Part shown: piece by piece, positions 39,876-51,912 of the stretch
How the letters are laid out: each line of letters begins with the position of its first letter
Position numbering within the stretch: the stretch's first letter is position 1
Assembly: GCF_022045235.1 (NCBI RefSeq)
Contig: NW_027266275.1
Coordinates: forward strand, 38,254,001 to 38,318,000
Origin: Haliotis cracherodii
Taxonomy: Eukaryota
DNA length: 64,000 nt
Direction of reading: 5' to 3'
Made by a program: the position numbers and the translations under genes
The notes under the pieces: generated by a model
What the model saw: the letters and a program-made list of their open reading frames with translations, nothing else
What the model was told of the DNA's origin: nothing
Database searches by the model: none

Positions 39876-40738
39876 TAAGTGGACTACAAGCCCTCAAAAA
39901 TAAAAACATTAAAAACCGCCCCAAACTAATAAATCAAATAGAGTTCATTTGGATCCCCGCCCATGTAGGAATCTTTGGAAATGAAAAGGCAGATAAAGCA
40001 GCAAAAGTATCCCTTAAACTCCCAGAAATAAGCTTAAACTTACCCAGCTCAAAATCAGAAATCAAAAGTGTCACTAAACAAACATATACCAAAACTCAAA
40101 TAGCCAAATCAGGAAAGTACTAAAAAAAACCCTAACTAAACCAAAAATACTACACCCATTCAAAAAAATCGACAGAATAATTACTAAACTACAAACAGGC
40201 CACACCAAACTAAATAATCACCGTAAAATAGCTAATCTACACACAACAGGAAACTGCCCACATTGCAAACAACTAGAAACACCAGAACACGTACTCATTC
40301 ACTGCACACACTACCAAACACACCGAACAACACTACAGACCACCCTAAATCTTAAAACCGGACTTATACTAGAATCAGTCCTAAATGCACAAAATAAATT
40401 AGAAAAATTCAAAGCCTTAGGCATATACCTAATTAAAACAGGACTAATTAGTCGCATTTAAACCCCAAATAAAATATTAAAACCAAAACTTCCTTATTTA
40501 ACAACCACCCAACACACACAGCTCCCTTAGTTCGTCCCCCACCCACTCTTGGCATTCTTTCCAAATCTCAAAATTTCAAAATTACTATATAAGCAACCCC
40601 TAAAGCCCCCCTCCTTCGTTGCACAAACTCACTTTTCCCCTTTTTGGAAACACATTAAATGGCCTGGCCGGGCCCGTGTGCGACATACGCTTGCAGTCGG
40701 AAAGCGCACGTTACATCTCCAATATAAGTAAGTCAGTA
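39876..40738 (+). mobile_element. 5'-truncated RNase H-containing LINE (I/Nimb-like) nested in PLE2
   Basis: FIWIPAHVGIFGNEKADKAAK (RNase H); TGH...CPHC...ETPEHVLIHC zinc knuckle; (TAAG)-like tail; flanking duplication ACTCTG at 39870-39875 and 40739-40744. Confidence 0.88.
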
Positions 40739-40754
40739 ACTCTGAAAATCACTT

Positions 40755-40792
40755 GCTTGATAACGGTGTTAGAACCTACACCGAAACGTCGC
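40755..40792 (+). ncRNA. Minimal hammerhead-ribozyme-like motif in the PLE pLTR
   Basis: TTGATAA-c-GGTGT(tagaacct)ACACC-GAAAC-GTC: U3/A8 covariant core, 5-bp stem II, palindromic ACGT stem III; stem I is weak. Confidence 0.55.
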
Positions 40793-41502
40793 TCTTAATT
40801 GTAATAAAGAAGTTGTTCATCCATAAATTCTTAGTACTCTAACTTCTAAGTGCCTATCAAAGAAGTTAATGATGTCACGCCTGAAGTAGCTTGAGATACA
40901 ATAACATTTTACTTGGTGTTGTAACTTGGCCGGGCTGTCAAAACTTATTGTTTCATCAATACGTCTGTGCATACATCTATACAATAGCATTATATCTATT
41001 TATATATCACTTTATAATGTTACAGTAAGTGCTCATCGATTTTCAGTTATCCATTGATATATTTTTTACCGCTATTGTTAACGTTTACACCAGATGGAAA
41101 TGGTTTCGTTGGAAAGTTGAAATTATTCTTTCTCTAGCATTGAATTTTTCATATGTGTATGGTTGGTCACAGGCATATTGCTTGATAACAACATCTGGTG
41201 TAACATAAAAACAAAGAATATTTGAATACAGAATATCTCGGTTTATTTCACATGGATATTTAACATTAACCGTGCCACGCATTTCAGCAAGAGGTAAGCT
41301 AATGTGTTTTAAATTATATTTTATTCAGGAAACAATAGTGAGAATAAGTCAGCCGAACAGACTAAATGTTAATATTTCCCTTTAAAATAACACGTGTTTT
41401 ATCACACACACACACTAACACACACACACTAACACACTTACACGAACACATGCTCATTCACTCACTCACTCGAACACATTCAGCAGTAAAAGGATAAGGA
41501 GT

Positions 41503-41772
41503 CTAAGAGAAGATCTTCCTAAAGAAGGCAGCAGCTCTCGTCAGCGCCTTTCTAAAGGGATGAATCTCTCTGTCATCCACAAAGCTGTGGTCGTCCTCGT
41601 CCTCGTACACCCAGTAGTCACTGTCATCGCCGTCACTTGGGGCAGGGTAGTGATCAGCGTGGTTAATGGTGACGGGGGCAGGGAGCGTCTCACCGTAGAC
41701 AGGGCGGGCCCAGAACGGAGTGAAGACGCTCAGGGGGTCGGGACAACGGGAAGGGGACACAGCCAGGGAACG
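41503..41772 (-). CDS. Array copy 1: putative terminal coding exon of an unknown small protein
   Basis: GC-rich open block of 89 codons after a pyrimidine tract and TAG; no ATG; acidic middle and cationic amphipathic C-terminus. Confidence 0.45.
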   Translation of the reverse strand, partial: RSLAVSPSRCPDPLSVFTPFWARPVYGETLPAPVTINHADHYPAPSDGDDSDYWVYEDEDDHSFVDDREIHPFRKALTRAAAFFRKIFS

Positions 41773-41990
41773 CTACACATCGAGGGGGTGGAAGGAGGGA
41801 CAAAGGGAGGCATGTGAGACAGAATACGGGATACGTTTGCAAAGAAAACGAATCACAGTTTATTATAGGGACTGGGCAGACTTAATGTACAATAAAACAG
41901 GGGCTATAATAGAAGGAAGAAGTGACAGGGAGGGCATGTAAAACTACATACACAGTCGGACTCCTCATCCTGAGACGGCCACAAACTCAC

Positions 41991-42031
41991 AGCCGCAGGA
42001 GTGCCATAATAGCGAATTATGTCCTCCCGAG
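41991..42031 (-). other. 41-nt internal exon of the array transcription unit (present in each copy)
   Basis: Minus strand: tttttctttttcag acceptor and gtgagt donor; the upstream 73-nt intron 42032-42104 starts gtaagt. Confidence 0.6.
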
Positions 42032-42354
42032 CTGAAAAAGAAAAACGAAAGCTAGGTTCAGTTAAATGTACGCCGGCGGCTGCGTTTACAAAATCACAAC
42101 TTACGTCTTCTGACAGCTACAATATGTCACTAGACCTCAGCCTTTTGACAATGCGAATTCCAAGTGTATGTTGGCTTTACAGGCTGTGCTGCAAGACCAC
42201 CATTAACCAATAAAATGGTCCAAACAGCTGCTTTTCACGTAATACAGGTTATCTTACATCTGTACTACATCGCTCGACACTATAATGAACGAACAGGTTA
42301 CATCTAAGCACCACGTCAAGTTTACAATCCAAATTTTTTAATTAAGACAATTGC

Positions 42355-42373
42355 AAATGGCGGCCGCCATCTT
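42355..42373. promoter_or_regulatory. Palindromic double YY1-like motif AAATGGCGGCCGCCATCTT (in each unit)
   Basis: Matches the AANATGGCG YY1 consensus on both strands; lies upstream of the minus-strand exons, near CCAAT motifs. Confidence 0.45.
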
Positions 42374-44172
42374 CAGTCCCGATACTGCTGCCTAACAACG
42401 ACCAATTTCACATCTAATTTAACATCTTAATACTGTTAAGTGGAATAATTGTGACCTTAAATACCTTGAATGTGAAGCCTTGTGTTCATCTTGGAAGAAG
42501 GCACACTTGGAAAGATACAGCAGTGAGCGAAACGTAGAGGTCAGCGGAGCAAATGCGATCGTTTTTCTGTTGTAAACAGAAGGGACGTGGGTAACGGCAA
42601 CGGTAACTACGTTACGGAGTTCGAGGACTCAGAACGAAGCTCATCGACAGCTTCCGGCGTGGTCAAGCCTAATGGCATTGCAGAGGCTGAAAACAGACGG
42701 GTTTATTTCGTCTGAACACCAGGCTTAAGTTGTAACTTACAACTGAAACGTTGCATACATCAGTTTAGAGTTTGAAAAAACGTGCTGGTGAAACTGGGTG
42801 TTTTTCGTGCCTCCATTACTCGGAACAGGGCGAATTTTGTTCATTTTCATATGGATCATCACTTGTAGACATTAACCTTAAACGTTGGCTGGGCCGAATA
42901 GCGATGCCATATAAGAACCCTCTGTTATACCAGTCTTCACAATACCTTTCACATTCGACAATCTGACACGGGCTAGTGGGCTAGTAAGAATGTGAGGGAG
43001 ACTAGATATTTTTTCAGCTACGGATGCAAAACCAGTTATAAACTATGAGCCTAAATAAAACTTTTCTTTAAAAAACACACACCTTGCAACAATTTATTTT
43101 TGGTGGCCGACATGTTCTTTTTGTTCAACAGTCTGAAGCATAATTATTTTCCAATCAATTTCTGAGACAATTTATTTGTTTCTGATAAAATCCTTCCCAC
43201 CCACACACTCACAGTCAGAGAAATCCAATTGTCCGTTCCATTTTGAAAACGCTGATGTGGACGTATAGGGGACGAATTCAGACCCCTTCTATCATTTATG
43301 TATTTTTGTAGAATGCCAGATACGAATATTACGTCATATTTGTATTAATCTACTCTTGCATACAAGTAGGTGTCAACATAGGCTTTTTACTTGCACCTGA
43401 CCACAGCCTATGTATAAAAGCATGCCCTCTGCTTTTTCTGAAGATCACGGGCCAAAGGAACAGCAGTGAAGTCGATTTCTGGAAGGCCACAATGAAGAGA
43501 CGAGTAGAATCCAATATTGTCTGGGTCGAAGGGAGATCACTCTCAATCCCTTGTCCGACTACCGGTATTAGATGGTGAAGTGCTCGTAATATATCCTATG
43601 TGGCGACACTTGTGTTTTAGAGAAGAAAGGCAATTCTCGATTCGAACTCCATCAATAGGAAGCCACAATCATTGTTTCATTAGAAAAGTTTAGCTAGTTA
43701 ATTGGAATATTAAAATTCTTCAATAACAAAGTGTCCAAGAGAGCTATCCTCGGAAAATATCCCGTGTCACAATTGTCGCCACATAAAAATTTAGAAGTAT
43801 CAAATCTTAAGGTAGCCCCACCTATTCAGAAATCTTCTGCCGAGTACAGATCATGAAATTGGGACACAGCAGAACAGCAATATAGGGGCAACTTTCACTG
43901 ATTAACAATATCCATATGAATTTATGTCTCATGTTCGGGAACCTTGGGATTTGGCCAGATGCCTATATTGCGATGCTGCTGTCGCCCAGATATTATTAGC
44001 TGTAAGGATGAAACACTGTAGACAAAACAGACAACTTGTGTATACATTACAGAAACATTTATTCAGATAACAGAAAGCCGAAAGTAATATGCCTCAAGAG
44101 AGATAAAAAAACGGGCCAAAATTGTATAGAACGTATAGTCTTGTGCGATTCTAATAAGCCAAGAGGTTTGCC

Positions 44173-44189
44173 GAAACGAAAGTGAAAGT
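44173..44189 (+). promoter_or_regulatory. IRF-binding-site-like GAAACGAAAGTGAAAGT (in each complete unit)
   Basis: Tandem GAAA repeats matching the IRF-E/ISRE consensus. Confidence 0.4.
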
Positions 44190-44400
44190 TGGGCCCAAAT
44201 GTATGTGCCTAAAAATACGCCAAAATGCACAAAGAGCGGTTATGTGGAAAGGTACTCTCTCTCTCTCTCTCCCTCTCTCTCTATCTCTCTCTCTCTCTTA
44301 TACAGACATGTATGTACTCGTTAATTCACTCTAACTCTCATCTCTAACATACATACCTTCTTCCTCTCACACACACATACATACATACTCATTCAGTCAG

Positions 44401-44440
<40 letters not shown>

Positions 44441-44790
44441 ACACACATTAGCACACTAACACACTAACACGAACACATGCTCATTCAATCTTTCATTTAC
44501 ACTCACATACGCACACATACATACACACATGCTCATTCACTCACTCACTCCAACACATTCAGACATTAAAAGGATAAGGAGTCTAAGAGAAGATCACACA
44601 CACATACATACATACTCATTCAGTCAGTCAATCACACAGACACACACACACACACACTAGCACACTTACACACTTACACGAACACATGCTCATTCAATCT
44701 TTCATTTACTCTCACATACGCACACATACATACACACATGCTCATTCACTCACTCACTCGAACACATTCAGCAGTAAAAGGATAAGGAGT

Positions 44791-45060
44791 CTAAGAGAAG
44801 ATCTTCCTAAAGAAGGCAGCAGCTCTCGTCAGCGCCTTTCTAAAGGGATGAATCTCTCTATCATCCACAAAGCTGTGGTCGTCCTCGTCCTCGTACACCC
44901 AGTAGTCACTGTCATCGTCGTCACTTGGGGCAGGGTAGTGATCAGCGTGGTTAATGGTGACGGGGGCAGGGAGCGTCTCACCGTAGACAGGGCGGGCCCA
45001 GAACGGAGTGAAGACGCTCAGGGGGTCGGGACAACGGGAAGGGGACACAGCCAGGGAACG
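44791..45060 (-). CDS. Array copy 2 of the putative small-protein exon
   Basis: Open frame; SDDDD variant; one synonymous change. Confidence 0.45.
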   Translation of the reverse strand, partial: RSLAVSPSRCPDPLSVFTPFWARPVYGETLPAPVTINHADHYPAPSDDDDSDYWVYEDEDDHSFVDDREIHPFRKALTRAAAFFRKIFS

Positions 45061-47550
45061 CTACACATCGAGGGGGTGGAAGGAGGGACAAAGGGAGGCA
45101 TGTGAGACAGAATACGGGATACGTTTGCAAAGAAAACGAATCACAGTTTATTATAGGGACTGGGCAGACTTAATGTACAATAAAACAGGGGCTATAATAG
45201 AAGGAAGAAGTGACAGGGAGGGCATGTAAAACTACATACACAGTCGGACTCCTCATCCTGAGACGGCCACAAACTCACAGCCGCAGGAGTGCCATAATAG
45301 CGAATTATGTCCTCCCGAGCTGAAAAAGAAAAACGAAAGCTAGGTTCAGTTAAATGTACGCCGGCGGCTGCGTTTACAAAATCACAACTTACGTCTTCTG
45401 ACAGCTACAATATGTCATTAGACCTCGGCCTTTTGACAATGCGAATTCCAAGTGTATGTGGGCTTTACAGGCTGTGCTGCAAGACCACCATTAACCAATA
45501 AAATGGGCCAAACAGCTGCTTTTCACGTAATACAGGTTATCTTACATCTGTACTACAACGCTCGACACTATAATGAACGAACAGGTTTCATCTAAGCACC
45601 ACATGTCAAGTTTACAATCCAAATTTTTCAATTAAGACAATTGCAAATGGCGGCCGCCATCTTCAGTCCCGATACTGCTGCCTAACAACGACCAATTTCA
45701 CATCTATATTAACATCTTAATACTGTTAAGTGGAATAATTGTGACCTTAAATACCTTGAATGTGAAGCCTTGTGTTCATCTTGGAAGAAGGCACACTTGG
45801 AAAGATACAGCAGTGAGCGAAACGTAGAGGTCAGCGGAGCAAATGCGATCGTTTTTCTGTTGTAAACAGAAGGGACGTGGGTAACGGCAACGGTAACTAT
45901 GTTACGGAGTTCGAGGACTCAGAACGAGGCTCATCGACAGCTTCCGGCGTGGTCAAGCCTAATGGCATTGCAGAGGCTGAAAACAGACGGGTTTATTTCG
46001 TCTGAACACCAGGCTTAAGTTGTAACTTACAACTGAAACGTTGCATACATCAGTTTAGAGTTTGAAAAAAACGTGCTGGTGAAACTGGGTGTTTTTCGTG
46101 CCTCCATTACTCGGAACAGGGCGAATTTTGTTCATTTTCATATGGATCATCACTTGTAGACATTAACCTGAAACGTTGGCCACGTGGCTGGGCCGAATAG
46201 CGATACCATATAAGAACCCTCTGTTATACCAGCCTTCACAATACCTTTTACATTCGACAAACTGACACGGGCTAGTGGGCTAGTAAGAATGTGAGGGAGA
46301 CTAGATATTTTTTCAGCTATGGATGCAAAACCAGTTATAAACTATGAGCCTAAATAAAACTTTTCTTTAAAAAACACACACCTTGCAACAATTTATTTTT
46401 GGTGGCCGACATGTTCTTTTTGTTCAACAGTCTGAAGCATAATTATTTTCCAATCAATTTCTGAGACAATTTATTTGTTTCTGATAAAATCCTTCCCACC
46501 CACACACTCACAGTCAGAGAAATCCAATTGTCCGTTCCATTTTGAAAACGCTGATGTGGACGTACAGGGGACGAATTCAGACCCCTTCTATCATTTATGT
46601 ATTTTTGTAGAATGCCAGATACGAATATTACGTCATATTTGTATTAATCTACTCTTGCATACAAGTAGGTGTCAACATAGGCGTTTTACTTGCACCTGAC
46701 CACAGCCTATGTATAAAAGCATGCCCTCTGCTTTTTCTGAAGATCACAGGCCAAAGGAACAGCAGTGAAGTCGATTTCTGGAAGGCCACAATGAAGAGAC
46801 GAGTGGAATCCAATATTGTCTGGGGCGAAGGGAGATCACTCTCAATCCCTTGTCCGACTACCGGTATTAGATGGTGAAGTGCTCGTAATATATCCTATGT
46901 GGCGACACTTGTGTTTTAGAGAAGAAAGGCAATTCTCGATTCGAACTCCATCAATAGGAAGCCACAATCATTGTTTCATTAGAAAAGTTTAGCTAGTTTA
47001 TTGGAATATTAAAATTCTTCAATAACAAAGTGTCCAAGAGAGCTATCCTCGGAAAATATCCCGTGTCACAATTGTCGCCACATAAAAATTTAGAAGTGTC
47101 AAATCTTAAGGTAGCCCCACCTATTCAGAAATCTTCTGCCGAGTACAGATCATGAAATTGGGACACAGCAGAACAGCAATATAGGGGCAACTTTCACTGA
47201 TTAACAATATCCATATGAATTTATGTCTCGTGTTCGGGAACCTTGGGATTTGGCCAGATGCCTATATTGCGATGCTGCTGTCGCCCAGATATTATTAGCT
47301 GTAAGGATGAAACACTGTAGACAAAACAGACAACTTGTGTATACATTACAGAAACATTTATTCAGATCACAGAAAGCCGAAAGTAATATGCCTCAAGAGA
47401 GATCCAAAAACGGGCCAAAATTGTATAGAACGTATAGTCTTGTGCGATTCTAATAAGCCAAGAGGTTTGCCGAAACGAAAGTGAAAGTTGGGCCAAAATG
47501 TATGTGCCTAAAAATACGCCAAAATGCACAAAGAGCAGTTATGTGGAAAG

Positions 47551-47614
<64 letters not shown>

Positions 47615-48127
47615 ACAGACATATATGTACTCGTTAATTCACTCTAACTCTCATCTCTAACATACATACCTTCTTCCTCTCACACACACATACATACATA
47701 CTCATTCAGTCAGTCACACACACAGACACACAGACACACACACACACATTAGCACACTTACACACTAATACACTAACACGAACACATGCTCATTCAATCT
47801 TTCATTTACACTCACATACGCACACATACATACACACATGCTCATTCTCTCACTCACTCGAACACATTCAGACATTAAAAGGATAAGGAGTCTAAGAGAA
47901 GATCACACACACATTCATACATACTCATTCAGTCAGTCAATCACACAGACACACATACACACAAACACACACACACACACTAACACACACACACTAGCAC
48001 ACTTACACACTTACACGAACACATGCTCATTCAATCTTTCATTTACTCTCACATACGCACACATACATACACACATGCTCATTCACTCACTCACTCGAAC
48101 ACATTCAGCAGTAAAAGGATAAGGAGT

Positions 48128-48397
48128 CTAAGAGAAGATCTTCCTAAAGAAGGCAGCAGCTCTCGTCAGCGCCTTTCTAAAGGGATGAATCTCTCTGTCA
48201 TCCACAAAGCTGTGGTCGTCCTCGTCCTCGTACACCCAGTAGTCACTGTCATCGTCGTCACTTGGGGCAGGGTAGTGATCAGCGTGGTTAATGGTGACGG
48301 GGGCAGGGAGCGTCTCACCGTAGACAGGGCGGGCCCAGAACGGAGTGAAGACGCTCAGGGGGTCGGGACAACGGGAAGGGGACACAGCCAGGGAACG
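48128..48397 (-). CDS. Array copy 3 of the putative small-protein exon
   Basis: Open frame; same protein as copies 2, 6 and 7. Confidence 0.45.
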   Translation of the reverse strand, partial: RSLAVSPSRCPDPLSVFTPFWARPVYGETLPAPVTINHADHYPAPSDDDDSDYWVYEDEDDHSFVDDREIHPFRKALTRAAAFFRKIFS

Positions 48398-51300
48398 CTA
48401 CACATCGAGGGGGTGGAAGGAGGGACAAAGGGAGGTATGTGAGACAGAATACGGGATACGTTTGCAAAGAAAACGAATCACAGTTTATTATAGGGACTGG
48501 GCAGACTTAATGTACAATAAAACAGGGGCTATAATAGAAGGAAGAAGTGACAGGGAGGGCATGTAAAACTACATACACAGTCGGACTCCTCATCCTGAGA
48601 CGGCCACAAACTCACAGCCGCAGGAGTGCCATAATAGCGAATTATGTCCTCCCGAGCTGAAAAAGAAAAACGAAAGCTAGGTTCAGTTAAATGTACGCCG
48701 GCGGCTGCGTTTACAAAATCACAACTTACGTCTTCTGACAGCTACAATATGTCACTAGACCTCGGCCTTTTGACAATGCGAATTTCAAGTGTATGTGGGC
48801 TTTACAGGCTGTGCTGCAATACCACCATTAACCAATAAAATGGGTCAAACAGCTGCTTTTCACGTAATACAGGTTATCTTACATCTGTACTACATCGCTC
48901 GACACTATAATGAACGAACAGGTTTCATCTAAGCACCACATGTCAAGTTTACAATCCAAATTTTTCAATTAAGACAATTGCAAATGGCGGCCGCCATCTT
49001 CAGTCCCGATACTGCTGCCTAACAACGACCAATTTCACATCTATATTAACATCTTAATACTGTTAAGTGGAATAATTGTGACCTTAAATACCTTGAATGT
49101 GAAGCCTTGTGTTCATCTTGGAAGAAGGCACACTTGGAAAGATACAGCAGTGAGCGAAACGTAGAGGTCAGCGGAGCAAATGCGATCGTTTTTCTGTTGT
49201 AAACAGAAGGGACGTGGGTAACGGCAACGGTAACTACGTTACGGAGTTCGAGGACTCAGAACGAGGCTCATCGACAGCTTCCGGCGTGGTCAAGCCTAAT
49301 GGCATTGCAGAGGCTGAAAACAGACGGGTTTATTTCGTCTGAACACCAGGCTTAAGTTGTAACTTACAACTGAAACGTTGCATACATCAGTTTAGAGTTT
49401 GAAAAAACGTGCTGGTGAAACTGGGTGTTTTTCGTGCCTCCATTACTCGGAACAGGGCGAATTTTGTTCATTTTCATATGGATCATCACTTGTAGACATT
49501 AACCTGAAACGTTGGCCACGTGGCTGGGCCGAATAGCGATACCATATAAGAACCCTCTGTTATACCAGCCTTCACAATACCTTTTACATTCGACAAACTG
49601 ACACGGGCTAGTGGGCTAGTAAGAATGTGAGGGAGACTAGATATTTTTTCAGCTACGGATGCAAAACCAGTTATAAACTATGAGCCTAAATAAAACTTTT
49701 CTTTAAAAAACACACACCTTGCAACAATTTATTTTTGGTGGCCGACATGTTCTTTTTGTTCAACAGTCTGAAGCATAATTATTTTCCAATCAATTTCTGA
49801 GACAATTTATTTGTTTCTGATAAAATCCTTCCCACCCACACACTCACAGTCAGAGAAATCCAATTGTCCGTTCCATTTTGAAAACGCTGATGTGGACGTA
49901 CAGGGGACGAATTCAGACCCCTTCTATCATTTATGTATTTTTGTAGAATGCCAGATACGAATATTACGTCATATTTGTATTAATCTACTCTTGCATACAA
50001 GTAGGTGTCAACATAGGCTTTTTACTTGCACCTGACCACAGCCTATGTATAAAAGCATGCCCTCTGCTTTTTCTGAAGATCACAGGCCAAAGGAACAGCA
50101 GTGAAGTCGATTTCTGGAAGGCCACAATGAAGAGACGAGTGGCATCCAATATTGTCTGGGGCGAAGGGAGATCACTCTCAATCCCTTGTCCGACTACCGG
50201 TATTAGATGGTGAAGTGCTCGTAATATATCCTATGTGGCGACACTTGTGTTTTAGAGAAGAAAGGCAATTCTCGATTCGAACTCCATCAATAGGAAGCCA
50301 CAATCATTGTTTCATTAGAAAAGTTTAGCTAGTTAATTGGAATATTAAAATTCTTCAATAACAAAGTGTCCAAGAGAGCTATCCTCGGAAAATATCCCGT
50401 GTCACAATTGTCGCCACATAAAAATTTAGAAGTATCAAATCTTAAGGTAGCCCCACCTATTCAGAAATCTTCTGCCGAGTACAGATCATGAAATTGGGAC
50501 ACAGCAGAACAGCAATGTAGGGGCAACTTTCACTGATTAACAATATCCATAGGAATTTATGTCTCATGTTCGGGAACCTTGGGATTTGGCCAGATGCCTA
50601 TATTGCGATGCTGCTGTCGCCCAGATATTATTAGCTGTAAGGATGAAACACTGTAGACAAAACAGACAACTTGTGTATACATTACAGAAACATTTATTCA
50701 GATAACAGAAAGCCGAAAGTAATATGTCTCAAGAGAGATCCAAAAACGGGCCAAAATTGTATAGAACGTATAGTCTTGTGCGATTCTAATAAGCCAAGAG
50801 GTTTGCCGAAACGAAAGTGAAAGTTGGGCCAAAATGTATGTGCCTAAAAATACGCCAAAATGCACAAAGAGCGGTTATGTGGAAAGGTACTCTCTCTCTC
50901 TCTCACTCTCTCTCTCTCTCTGTGTCTTATACAGACATATATGTACTCGTTAATTCACTCTAACTCTCATCTCTAACATACATACCTTCTTCCTCTCACA
51001 CACACATACATACATACTCATTCAGTCAGTCACACACACAGACACACACACAGACACACACACACATTAGCACACTTACACACTAACACGAACACATGCT
51101 CATTCAATCTTTCATTTACACTCACATACGCACACATACATACACACATGCTCATTCACTCACTCACTCCAACACATTCAGACATTAAAAGGATAAGGAG
51201 TCTAAGAGAAGATCACACACACATACATACATACTCATTCAGTCAGTCAATCACACAGACACACAGACACATTAGCACACTTACACACTAACACGAACAC

Positions 51301-51642
51301 ATGCTCATTCAATCTTTCATTTACACTCACATACGCACACATACATTCACACATGCTCATTCACTCACTCACTCGAACACATTCAGACATTAAAAGGATA
51401 AGGAGTCTAAGAGAAGATCACACACACATACATACATACTCATTCAGTCAGTCAATCACACAGACACACACACACACACACACACTGACACACTAACACA
51501 CACACACACTAGCACACTTACACATTTACACGAACACATGCTCATTCAATCTTTCATTTACTCTCACATACGCACACATACATACACACATGCTCATTCA
51601 CTCACTCACTCGAACACATTCAGCAGTAAAAGGATAAGGAGT

Positions 51643-51912
51643 CTAAGAGAAGATCTTCCTAAAGAAGGCAGCAGCTCTCGTCAGCGCCTTTCTAAAGGGA
51701 TGAATCTCTCTGTCATCCACAAAGCTGTGGTCGTCCTCGTCCTCGTACACCCAGTAGTCACTGTCATCGTCGTCACTTGGGGCAGGGTAGTGATCAGCGT
51801 GGTTAATGGTGACGGGGGCAGGGAGCGTCTCACCGTAGACAGGGCGGGCCCAGAACGGAGTGAAGACGCTCAGGGGCGCGGGACAACGGGAAGGGGACAC
51901 AGCCAGGGAACG
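51643..51912 (-). CDS. Array copy 4 of the putative small-protein exon
   Basis: Open frame; CPAPL variant. Confidence 0.45.
   Translation of the reverse strand, partial: RSLAVSPSRCPAPLSVFTPFWARPVYGETLPAPVTINHADHYPAPSDDDDSDYWVYEDEDDHSFVDDREIHPFRKALTRAAAFFRKIFS

Larger units (their letters stand above)
39179..40866 (+). mobile_element. Penelope-like element 2, 5'-truncated, with inverted pLTR piece and 12-bp TSD
   Basis: GAVYHIPCNCGQAYIG...IKEH...SALSDH...EAINI...INRDQG (GIY-YIG). 67-bp inverted repeat 39189-39255 / 40767-40833. TSD TAATGATGTCAC at 39167-39178 and 40867-40878. Confidence 0.9.

Noticed and set aside
42960-42990. Helitron 3' end (acacggg...CTAG-T) as the cause of the array
   Set aside because: There is no clear subterminal hairpin, and it does not coincide with the unit boundary, which lies in the CA/CT microsatellite.
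45424-45456. U2 snRNA-like words in the array units (CTCGGCCTTTTG ... CAAGTGTA)
   Set aside because: The spacing is wrong (13 nt versus 8), the ATCGCTT start is missing and nothing downstream resembles U2. It is not an snRNA array, though a cmsearch with the U2 model would settle it.
44686-45501. Plus-strand 139, 73 and 64 aa ORFs repeated in each unit
   Set aside because: They are antisense shadows of the minus-strand block, or start in microsatellite. The strong splice signals are on the minus strand, and their conservation only reflects recent duplication.
46475-47453. 74-aa and 76-aa plus-strand ORFs in the unit spacer
   Set aside because: They are broken by stops in other copies and overlap MITE-like remnants.
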